Assembly: GCA_963719225.1 (NCBI GenBank)
Contig: CAVRAY010000001.1
Coordinates: forward strand, 1,376,001 to 1,440,000
From: Thermoanaerobaculia bacterium
Lineage (GTDB): Bacteria > Acidobacteriota > Thermoanaerobaculia > UBA5066
Reading direction: 5' to 3'
Length of the DNA stretch: 64,000 nt
Notes under the pieces: model-generated
Seen by the model: only the letters and a program-made list of their open reading frames with translations
Database searches by the model: none
What the model was told of the DNA's origin: nothing
In this document: piece after piece, positions 31,001 through 43,000 of the stretch
How the letters are laid out: each line of letters opens with the position of its first letter
Position numbering within the stretch: position 1 is the stretch's first letter
Made by a program: the position numbers and the translations under genes

Positions 31001-34000
31001 GGCCGCGAAGGAAGCACGCTTCACGGTCGCGACTCTCTCCACGGGCGTGCCTCCCGTGCTCGATCCGGTCCCCCCCGTGATCTGCGCGACCCAGATCGCG
31101 ATCACGGGCACGGCGGCGCCGAACGCGGCCGTGCGCCTCAAGGACGGCGACCTCACGTTCTCGGGCAACGCGGACGCCTCGGGCCGTTTCTCGATCACGA
31201 TTCCCCTCTCCGGCAACGGCTTCCACGCCGTTCATGCCTCGACGCTCGACCGCGACGGCGCGGGAGCCTCTCCCGAGGCGACGGTGCTCTTTCGCGTGGA
31301 CTGCAGCTCTCCCTCCGTCCTCGGCGCCTCGTTCGACCGGTCCTCGGGGAAGATCACGGTTGCCTTCAGCGAGGCGATGGGCGCCGCGTCGCTCACGGTC
31401 GGCGGGACCGGGAGCGCGATCACGGTCTCCAAGGCCGACGATCCGACGCACGCGCCGCAGGCCGCGACTGTCGCTCTCTCTGCGGACGGCGCGACGGCCA
31501 CGCTGGATCTCGGCACGGCGCCCGGGGCGTGGTGGCAGAACGTCTCCGTGCGCCTTCTCGTGGGGCCGCCCGCGGCGGACGCGTCGGGGAACGCCCTCGG
31601 CTCTTCCTTCGAGACCGTCTTCTTCGCGGGCGGCGGCGGAGATCTCTCCGGAGGCTTCCTCTCGGGTGAGGCGTACGACGACGAAAGCGGCCGCCCGCTC
31701 GCGGGCGCGGAAGTAAAGCTCTTCGCGTCCGGCGCCGCCCTGCCGGGCTCGGTACCGGCGGTGCAGGTGGGCACGCCCGTCGCCTCCAGCGTGACGGACG
31801 GCCGCGGGCGGTTCAGCCTCGTGGGCGACGTCGCGGCCGGGCGCTACGCGCTCGTGCTTTCGCGGAGCGGGTATTCGCGCGCCGTTCGCCGTCTCGCGCT
31901 CGAGCCGGCCGTGGGCGCCGTGCCGTTCGACAGCCGGCTCACGCCGCTCGGCGCGCAGGGGGCCGCGCTCCTCCACGCCGCGACGGGCGGAACGTACGAC
32001 GGGCCGGCGGGCTCGGGCCTGTCAGCGACATTCGCCGCGGGTGCGCTCTCGTCTCCCGTCGATCTCGGCGTGCGCCTCACCGCGCTCTCGGGTCAGGGGC
32101 TGCCCGAGCCGCTTCCTCTCGGCTGGACGCCTCTCGCCGCGGCCGAGCTGCGCCTTGTCCCGGGCGGAGTCGGCGACGACGCCCTTCCGGAGGGAACGGG
32201 CACGCCTTTCACGGCGAACGCCGTCCACCTCACCTTGACGTTGCCCTCCGGCGTCCCGTCCAACGCGGAGCTCTTCGCCGCGCGCTACGACGTCGCCGCC
32301 GGGGCCTGGCTCGCGCTCCCGATCCCGGTGCGCGCGACGGGAGCGGGCGGAGCCGACACCGTGACCGTCGCGCTCGCCGGGCCGGGACCGGTCGCCGTCA
32401 TCGCTCCTGATGTCGATCCCGCGACGCGACCCCCCGTGATGCCGACGTCTCTCGACGCGCCGCTCATTGGGACGGACCTGCCTTCCGTTCTGCCGGCTCT
32501 GGCGGCGGCGATCGGCCTCGATCCGCCCATCGTCTCGCCCACGGGCCGCGCGACCGCGCGCGTTCTGGCGCGGTCGGCGGACGGCACGACGCCGTGGCCC
32601 AGCGGCCTCGCCGTACAGGCGTACCTCGACGAGAAGCTCATCCTCTCGGGCGGCGGCGAGCTCTACGAGGCGCCGTTCAGCTCGGACCTCATCCTCTATC
32701 ACCCGCCGCTCGCGCCGGCCGACGTCGGGGCCACGGCGCCCGGAGCCGTCGGAAGCCTGACGTTCCGGATCTCGCCCAGCCCGCGCGCCGCGCAGGTGCT
32801 CCTCGACACGGGCTACGAGAACGTGCGTCTCTTCCCGTTCACGGACCAGCTCGAACGCGGACAGGTCCTGGGACCCGCGGGCGGCTCGGTCTCATCCCCC
32901 GACGGAGTCGAGCTGTTCGTTCCCGAAAGCGCGCTCGCGCAGAAGGCCGTCGTGCGCGCCCGTCTGCTTTCGTCCTCGGAGCTCGCGGCGCTCCCGGTGC
33001 CGGCGGGCTACTCGCTCGTGGCCGCCGTGCGCGTGGACCTCTCGGGCTTCCCGCTCGCGCGCGGCGCGACGCTGAAGCTCAACGCGCCCGCCGGCCTGCC
33101 GGCGGACGCGGTCGACGACCCCCGCCTCGTCCTCGCCTCGTTCGTGGATCAGCCCGACGACGGCCGCGGGGCCTTCGCGCGGGTGGTCGCGCGCGTGGCC
33201 CTCCTCCCGGCCGCGGGCTCGGTTCCGGCGAAGCTCGTCGGAGCTCCCGAGGTCTCGGGCTCGACGCTGCCTCTCTCCGGCATCACGGGGGAGGGCGTCT
33301 TCCTCTTCCTGCATGCGAACGCGCCTATCGGCTTCGTCACGGGGCGCGTGACGGCGCCGAACGGCGCGGGTTACGCCGGCTCGCGCGTCACCACGCCGGG
33401 GCTCGGCACGGCCGACCTCTCACAGCCGGGCGGCCTGTACGCCCTGAGCGCGCCCGCGGGCTCGCCGACGCTGAACGCGCTCCACCCGACGCTCGGCGTC
33501 TCCGGCACGGCAACCGTGCCGTCGCTCCCGAAGGGCCAGATCGCGCAGATCGACATCATCCTCGCGCCCACGCCGCCGCGAATCGTCTCGCTCCAGCCCC
33601 CCGCGGGTGCGACGAACCAGCCCGTCGGCACGACCGTCGCGATCCTCTTCTCGGCGCCGCTCGATCCCGCGAGCGTCACTCAGACCGTGCTCACCGTAGA
33701 GCTCGCAAATACGGACGGTACCGGGACAGGGCTCCTCTTCGGCGGCAACGTCGCCCTTTCGTCCGACCGGACGACCGTCGCCTTTTCGTCTGCGCGTCCG
33801 CTGCCCCCGGGGCGGACGATCCTGGCGAGCCTCAAGGGCGGAATCCGGAGCTTCGACGGAACGCCGTACGCCGGCACGCTCCCGGTCACGTGGACCTTCA
33901 CCACCTCCACTGCCTTCCTGCCGGGCGGAAACATCCATCCCGAGAAGATTCGATTGCTACTGCCGGTGAACGGCACGGCGCAGATCGTCGGCGCCGACAG

Positions 34001-37000
34001 TGCGCTCCCGCTCGTCCTCGGAGGAACGACACCTTGGTCCGTATGGGCCGACGTGGACGGCGCCCTCGCGTGCCCGTCGATCACGACGTATCCCGCGAAC
34101 ACGAACGGCGGCTTCACCGCGACGGTCGGCTGCCCGCCGACGGCCAACGTCACGCTCTCGAGCCGGGTCTTCATCCACGTCCTTGATCCCACCGGCACGC
34201 AGGCGGCCACATGGCGACTCGGTCCCTTCGTCACACCCGACGGCACGGGCTTCGTGGCTCCCCCCGGCGAGGAAACGGTCTTCACGACGATCGACGGGAT
34301 CCAGGTGACTTCGCCCGCCGCGGCGTTCGACGTACCGACGCTCGTCAAGGTCACGAAAAAGCCGGTGGACTCCCTCGGTGTTGCCGTGAATCCCGGTCTG
34401 GAGATGGCCGCCGTCCTCGACGTCGACTTCGAGGGCACGGCGCACGAGACGCTGCGGCTCAGAATTCCCGTCGTAACGGCTTCGCCTGTCGGCGGCGTTG
34501 TTTTCGCAGGCAAGCCGATCGATCTCCCGTGGGGCCGCAAACTCCAGATTCTCGACCTCGGCCGCCTCGTCGACGACGGCAAGGGCGGCAAGCTCATCTC
34601 GACTCTGGAAGCGGACCAGCCGGAGGATTCGGCGCCTGATGCGAGCACCCCTGCCTCGAGCGCGATGGCCGGCTCCGGCCACCAGGCGCTGGGAGGGAGG
34701 CGGGCTCAGGCTCTGCCGAAGAAACTCCTGCAATCCATCGCGCTCGAATTCACGGCGCGGGCCACGGCCGGCTTCATCATGGGTGCGACCCTGGAGCTCT
34801 CGGCGATCACGGGGCACGTGGAGCCGGCCATTGTCGGCGCGACATTCTTCGTCCTCTATAACGCGCTCGCCGACGCGATGGTCTTTCAGGCGGTCGCAAA
34901 GAACTGGAACGGCCGATTCGTGCTGCCGAGCACCGGATCCGCCTTCACGATCGTGAAGCGGGACCTCGCGACCGGCTGGATTCTGAGCGAGAAATCCTAC
35001 TCTGCGATCGCTCCGTCGCCCGGGAGGTTCGTCAACCTGGGCGACCTCGAGCCGGCGGCCACGGACCCGCCGAGGCTGATCGACGCCAGCCCGGTCGCCG
35101 TCATACGTTTCAAGGCTCCGACGGTTCTTGCCGGAAAGGAAGAAAACCTGCGCCTCCGCTTGGATGTCGAGGCGCACAGCACCGACCAGGACACGACGTC
35201 GCTTCGGGCCGTACCTGGCGAAGTCCTGCCCGACCTCAGCACCGTCGAGCTCTACAACCTTTCGCAGACGAGCCGTGCGAAGGCGGTGGTTCAGGCCGGG
35301 GATTTCAACGTCGGCCCGCTCGGGGCGAAGTCGGGCGAGGATCTCCTCGCCGCCGTTTCTCCGTCGGACGTGGATGCCGATGACCTCTCCGAGCTCTCTT
35401 TCAGCTTCAGCAGGCCACTCGCGAGCGTCGCCGACCCGGCGACCCTCGTGACCCTCACCGATTGCGGTGAGCTGAACCGCTCGGCGCCGGGGCCGCCGGC
35501 CTGCCCGTCTCCTCTTCCCGTGCCGCTGAACGTGACTCAGGAGGCGAACCGCACGCGCTTGAGGGCCGGCCTCTTCGGGCCTCTGGCGCGCGGGCACCTC
35601 TACCGAGTGGAGCTGAAGAGCCTGACCTCGGACAGCACACCCTCCCTGGCGTACCCGCCTACGGATCCGACCGTGTTCTCGTTTGCCACGCGTTCGGGAC
35701 AGTCGGGTCCGATCGGCAGCACCGTGGGCAGCGGCGTTCTCGCGCTGGGCGACACAAACTCGGCGCGGGACCTCCTGAAGTTCGGGAATCTCCTGCTCGT
35801 CGGTTCGGCGTCGGGAAAGCTCCTCGCGATGGACGCATCGGATCCCGTGAAGCCGGTGCTCTTCGCGCGGCTCGCACCCGAGGCGGGCGACCAGTTGCGG
35901 GCCTTCGCGAGCGACGGCCACAACAGGCTCTTCTACAACACGAGGTTGGGCGCTTCGTGGGCCGTCAAGGCCGTCCGGGTGGAGGATGTCTGGCAGGCGC
36001 TTCCATCCACGTGTCCCCAGGGGCTTCCGTCAGAGCCCGCATGGTTGACGGCACTTCCATGCTTCGCGGCAGTTCCGGGCGGCGTCAAATCAGCGTTTGC
36101 GCTCGGGAGCACGACAGGCCTCACTCCCTCGGAGTTCCTGACCCTCACCGGCTCGTTGCCCACGGGAACTCCGTCGGACTTGCAGATCCTGGTCGACGAC
36201 GACACGGTTGGTCCCTACCCCCTTGAAGAGTTCTTCGACAAAGTTCCGGGATCGGGCACCCCGCCCTCGGGTCCGCCCTCCTCGCCGGACCAGTTCTACA
36301 GCATCTCGCTGACGATCAACACGGCGGGTCACGTCTTCGATCGCGGCGCCGGGATATGCGGAGAACCGGGGTTCGACAAGAAGCAGCGCGTGACGATCGA
36401 CGACCTCACGACCGGGCAGAGCTGGTCCGTGGACGTGCCGAATCCCTCCACAAGCGGCATGAGCCTCGCCGTTGCGATTCGGGCCCGGAAGCGGGACCAG
36501 ATCCAGGTCCGCTACAACAAAACGGCCATCGGGTACCTGGCGATCGTGGGCAGCGGCGTCTCGGCCTTCGATCTGAACCGGTTCTACGACACGCTGACGC
36601 CCGCCACCGGCGGAACACAGGGAAACAAGAGTGAGTGTGGCCGCCGCCTTGGCACCTTCGAGGGTGCGGGAATCTCGTTTCCCACCTGCGGGCGCGTCAC
36701 ACCGGACAGCCTTGCCTTCACGCCGGCTCTTGCAGTGGCGACGGGCAAGGGTTTCATCGACGTCTTCTCGGTGCTGACCCATTTCGGGGCCGGCAATCTC
36801 GTCGCCGCATCGGGAGGCCCGGGGTCGCTTCAGGCGATCGAGATGAAATGCCTCGTCGACACCCTGCCTGCATCAACGCCCACGACTCCGGCGCCGAGCC
36901 CTTCCTACCGCGCCGTCACGCTCGCGTTGAACACGATGTGGATCGATCGACACATCAGCCCGGGGCCCTCTCCCGGCTCGTTTGTGGGACCACAGACCCC

Positions 37001-40000
37001 GGTGCCGCCTTCCGGCGTGCGGGGCGACCTGGCCTTCTACTCGCTCGGACCGGCCGGGATCGACGTCTACGACGTGACGGGTCGGGGCAGCATGGCGCTC
37101 ATTGGCCGCTTCTGGGCCAAAGACCACACCGTTTACCGACTCGCTTCGGACGCAGCGGGCCGCCGGCTTTTTGCGGGCGGGCAGGACAAGAACGGGAACC
37201 CGATCATCGATGTCTGGGACATCTCGCAGGCCAATGGCGGCCCGAGCAAGGACGGAGTCTTCCCGGACCCCGCGGGTTCGGCGGATACCCGATTGCTCTT
37301 CACGCTGAAGGCGCCTTGGGATACGAATCACATCGGTCTCGAGGAGAGCACCGGCTTCCTCTACACGTGGGGCGTCAACGGTCCGGGTGTCGAAGGCGGC
37401 TTTGTCGTGCCGACCCGGGACCCCGGATTCATCTTTAGCGGCCTCTACAGGCCGGAAAACGAAAGCCGCGCGGCAGGAGCCACACCACTGCCGAGCGTTC
37501 AGGTGGACACGCAGGACCTCGTGCCGCTCGGCGTTCAGACGCAGGTTTCCACGGCTGACGAAGCGGATCCCGAAAAATCGAAGGCGGATGAGCGCACCGC
37601 GACGGCGGCGTTCAAGGTCCGGATATCGCTGCCCGGCACTCTCGGCGAAAAACTCGTGGCGAAGGTTCAGACTCTGCGGTCTCTTCCGGACGCGAGGTTC
37701 CTTTCGAAGGACGACGTCGGACCGCTTGTCGCGGCGCCGGGCGGCGGAGGCTGGCCGGAAAGAGATGTCTTCGTGACGCTCCGGAGGCTCGTGCCGGTAG
37801 CCGGAACGAGCTCGGATCGCCTCCAGCAGCCTTTCAACCTCTACGAGTCCGACGAGGTCGTGCTTCTCCTCGCCGACCCTCGTGCCAAGCTCGCCTATTG
37901 GAAGAGCAAGCAGGGCCTCAAGTCGCCGGCCCAGGTCGCAGACGAGAAAACCCAGTGCCGCCGGTGCGGCCGGCCGTCGTATCTGCCCAACGACACCGGC
38001 AACACGGAAATCCCCGTCAAGGAACTGCTCGCCGCGGGCCCGTGGGTACGCGCCTATCTCGCCGAACCCCCGGGCGGGGACGCGCCGACGGCCGCCGCCC
38101 TCGACTTCTTCCGCCAGCAGGGAGATAACTTCCCGGCTCCGTCGGGCGCCGTGCAGGTCTCCGGCCACGCGGACGAGGTCCCCTCTCCCATCCAGATCTC
38201 GCTCGCCGAGCCCGCCCTGAATCCCGCGGTCTGGAGCGCCGAGGCGGGGACGAGCGTATCGCTCGTCTCGGGCGAAGCCATCCTCGCGGCGACCGATCAC
38301 GCCGTTGAAGGCCGCGGCGTCGGGTTCGTCTTCGACCGCACGTATCGGTCCGGAGTTCTCGGTTACGGGCCGCTCGGAGCCGCGGGGTGGAACTCGTCCC
38401 TCTTCGCCCACCTGCGAATGCTGCCTCATACGGGCGAGATGGAATTCCACGATGGCGGCGGACGCGTCTGGAAGTTCTCGCCGCCCGCGCTCGGCGGATG
38501 CGTGGACGTGGACCATTACGAATCCGACGGCGCCTTCTGTATCCCGAAGGGTCTCTACGTGAAGGTCGAGGTCGTCGGGAACGGCGCTGCATTCCGGCTC
38601 GTGGGCCGAAACCACGACACGATGCTGTTCGACTCGAACGGGCGTCTCCTGGAGCTTTCGGACCGGCACCGTCGGGGCGCCTCGGACCCCTCCTCGCAGG
38701 GCAACACGCTCTCGCTCTTCTACGACGGAGCCGGCTACCTCGTCCGTGCCGAGGACGAGCTGGGTCGTTCGTACAAGTTCACCTACGATCAGAAACCGCT
38801 CTTTTCCGGCGGAGCGGAGAACCCGCAGTACGGCCTCCTGACCAGGATCGAAGATTTCGCGACGCCGCCGCGCGTCGTGGGATTCATCTACGACGATCTG
38901 CGACGCCTGTTGCAGGTCCAGCTCCCGGACGTGACGAGCTCGATCGCGGGCTCCAGCTACACGCAACCGACCGTTTTGTATCACTACGACTTCACGAAAG
39001 CGCTGCAGGACACCGCACCTCTTCACGGGCCGGACTTCCCGAAGTTCAAGCTCACCGGCTTCCGCCTCCCCGACGCCGGTGCGGATCGCGTGACGCTCGA
39101 TTACGTTCCCGAGACCGGCCGCGTGACGTCGCTAGCGGTGCCGCCGAGCCCGCCGAACAGCGGCACCGTCGCCTGGCAGTTCCAGAATCCCGACCCGTCC
39201 TCCGATGCGGGCCCGCTGAACGGTATTTCGCTCGTGGCGCCGTGGCAGCTCCGGGCCGACTACACGTTCACGTCCGGCCGGATCAACACGGTGAGCGAGA
39301 CGGTCGAGACGCTGCGCGGCACCGACCCGTCCCCTCCCGCCGGCTCCGATCCGCCCGCGGTCGCTCTGACGACGACTTACGTGTATCTCGACGACGGGAG
39401 GATCGACCACATCACGTGGCCGGACGGGCACGTAACCCGTCAGGATTACCAGGGCACAGACCGGCTGGAGAAGGCGAACGTGAGCCACGTGATGGCCGAG
39501 GCCGGTGGGGCGCCGACGGGGACCGCTCAGCACGGAACCCCGACCAGCGAGATCCGGTCCTACGTGGACAACATCCCCGAGACGACGGCCGACCCGGAGG
39601 GGCGCGCCGTCACGAGCGCCGTGTCGGTCCCGAGCGGGAGCGCGAGTCCCGGCTACGACGCGGCGCCCGGCCAGACAGCGGTCAGCGGCAATTCCAAGTA
39701 CGACCCGTTCGGACGCATGAAGGAGTTCACGGGGGCCGGCTCGAACGGCACGCACGTGACGATGGGCTTCGGCAAGGATGCGAAGGGCAGGCCGGATCGC
39801 GGCTTTGCGAGCGAGATCGCGCGCGGTGCCGTCAAGGAAAGCCTGAAGTACGACGAGGACGGGATGGGTCCGCGTGGAAACGTCACGACGCGCGAGACGA
39901 GCTTCCAGACGTCCAGCAAGTACGAATATGACGAGTGGGACCGCCCCGTAAAAGAGACTCTGGGCCTCAGCGCGAGCGGCGACTTCGACGCGGTTCCGGA

Positions 40001-43000
40001 CGCGATCGTCACACGCGCCTTCGATCCGATCGGACACCTGAAGGTCGAGCGGCGCCGACAGATGGATCTGGACAACGGCGAGGTCGAGACCGTTTACGAA
40101 TACAACGACCGCGAGCAGCTCGTCAGCGTCACGGTCAACAACCTGGCCCAGGCTGCGCCGGGGCAGACTTCGGGCCTCGCGACCGGCAAGACCAGGTATT
40201 CGTACAACAGGTCCGGGCAGCTCTCCGACGTGACGAGCCCACACGGCGTCACGACGCACTACGAGTACGACGCGGCGGGGCGCGTCAAGAGCGAGCAGGT
40301 CAGCTCTTCCGGCATTCGAAAGCGCGCCTATGACGAAATGGGACGCACCGTCTGGATGACGGACGGAGACATCGGCGTCTGGCGCGGCCGCTTCGACGCG
40401 TGGGGCCGGATGTACCAGGAAGACCTGCCGACCGGCGCCTCCATCGAGCGGGAATACGACGCGGCCGGTGGAATCAAACGCGAGACGACGTTCAGCGGCG
40501 ACCCGAAGTCGGCCTCCTCCAACAAACTCGCGGAGACGCTCGCTCACGTGACGAGTTTCGGCGCCGTGAACGAGGTCCAGGAAATGCTCACGGCTTCGCC
40601 CGCGTCCTATCGGGTCACGTTGAAGCAGTACGACGGCTCCGGCCGGCTCGCCGGAGTCACGAGCGGCCCGACGGACGCGATCCAAAGGACCGACCTGACG
40701 GTGCAGTACGACGATGCAGGCCGTCCCGTCGTGCAGACCGACGGCGGAAACAACGAGACGCACCACGACTACGGCGGCACCGCGCCGTGGCCGGTGCGCA
40801 CATTCGTCCTCGAGGCGGTGCCGGGAAGCCCGAGCAGGCCGAAGACCGTGGAGAGCGAGTTCCGACGTGACGCGTTCGGGCGCGTCGTCAAGGAGACACG
40901 TTCGAGCGGCGGCACGCTCGTCTCGATCGTCCAAACCGGCTACGACCAGGTCGGGAACGTGAAGAGCGTCGAATCCGGAATCGGCAGCCGCAGCGAATAT
41001 CTCTACGACGGCGCCGGCCGCCTGATCAAGGAGACCAGGCCGACCGGGGGCTCGACGAAATACGGTTACGACCTCGATGGCCGGGTCAAAGCCCGCGTGA
41101 CGGCGCAGGGGGGTGCCTCGGTCAGCGAGACGGACTACGGCTACGACGGCGCCGGGCGACTCGCGTCCATCCTGCGTCCGGACGGCACGACCGAGTCGTT
41201 CACGTACAACGGCGACGACACCGTCGACATGTGGACGAACCGCTCCGGAATCGTCGTCACGCATCGCTACGACGCGGCGAACCGACTCATCGGCCGATTT
41301 CCGGGCTCACGGCCAGCGGGTTCGAAGGTCGTGGTCGACGGCGGCGACACGTACGACTACGACGAGGCCTCGCGACTAAGGGCCGCGGACCGAATCGACA
41401 CGCCGACGGGCGCGCCTGGCGTCTTCGCCGCAAACGCTGCCGCGCGAGCCGCGTTCACGGGCTACGACGCGGCGGGCCGGCCCGCCGAGGAACGCATCGG
41501 CGCGCGCGACGCCCTCAAGCGCTTCTACGACACGTGGTCTCGTGAGGTCGCGGTGGGCGTGCCGGCCGGAGTCGGCCGCCACGGCGTGGGCTCGTTTTCC
41601 GGATACACGCGCGACTTCGACTCACTCGACCGCCTCGTGCTCATGACCGCGAACGCCGGCGGGCCGAAGCTCGGCGCGCGCTGGGATTGGGGCGGGACGG
41701 CGCGGCTCTATGGCATCACGACCGACAACGCACTGAAGACAGCGCACCGGATGAGCTACCTCGGCTCGGGTCTCGGCGCCCAACCGGGAGGCACCGTCGC
41801 GACCCCGTGGCAGCTCGGCACGATCTCGGTGGCGTCGGCGGACCCGAAGCAGCCCGTCACCGACGAGCCGACGACCCTGTGGGGTCAGTTCGGGTTCGGC
41901 TACCGCACGGGCGACGGCGTCAAGCGCGGCCGCGAGGTCATGGATCGCCAGACCGGCAAGCCCAGCCTCTTCTCGAATCAGGGCTGGTCGTTCACCCCCG
42001 ACAACGGTCTCAGGCTCCAGACCGCCGAGGCCGGCCGGGGCACCCGCGACGGCTCGTCGGCGCCTTCCATCTTCGAGAAGTTCGACGTGACCTATGGTCT
42101 CGGCGACGAAGTGAACCTCCTGTCGAGAGAGGGAGGCGCGAACTCTTCGACGCTCCTCGCCACCGGCGCCGAAGGCCGCATCGCGAAGCGAAACGGCATC
42201 GGCTTCGAGCACGACCTCGAAGGCAGAAGGCAGAAGGACGACCGCTTCAGCTACGTGTGGAGCTGGAGGGGAGAGCTCCTGTCCGTCACCGTCAACGACT
42301 GCTGGCCTGCCGAACAAGGCTCGCAGCCCACGTCCGGCTGTCCCGCCAACCAGTACGGCTCTCCCTACGCCAAACATCAGATCCGTTACGAATACGACGC
42401 TCTCGGAAGTCTACTGGCCCGCGAGCACCTCGGCGCGCAAGCCACGCCCGGCGACGACACCACGCGCTCCTTCATCGAAAGGCGCGAATACCTCTGGGAC
42501 GGCTCTCATCTCATGGCCGAGGTCGGAAAAGCTCAGGACGGCACACTTCGGTGGAGAAAGAGCTACGTCCCTGGAGCCTCGGGCCTGGACGACGCCGTCC
42601 AGGAGAGGATCGAGATCTACAGCCTCTCGGGCGTCGACGTCGTTTCGGACACGCTCTACACCTTCCTGAGAGACGAACAGAACTCCGTCGTCGCCCTCGT
42701 CGAAGAGAAAGTCGGAGCCGACCCAGCAAGCCCGCCCACCCCCGTCCGCTACCACTACAGCCCCTACGGCGAAGCCCACGCCGAAACCGGCTCCGAGCTT
42801 CTCTTGACCCGCTTCGACTCCAGCCTTCACGGCGTCACGAAACCCGACGGCACCACCGTCTCGCAGACGACCGCAGCTGACGCCGTCGACGGAGGAATCC
42901 GGCTCACCCTCACGCTCCCTCCCGACCCCTCGACCCTGGCCGCGGCCCTGCTGGTCGAAAAGAGAAATACCGACGGCACCTGGGGAGCCCTCAACGCGGC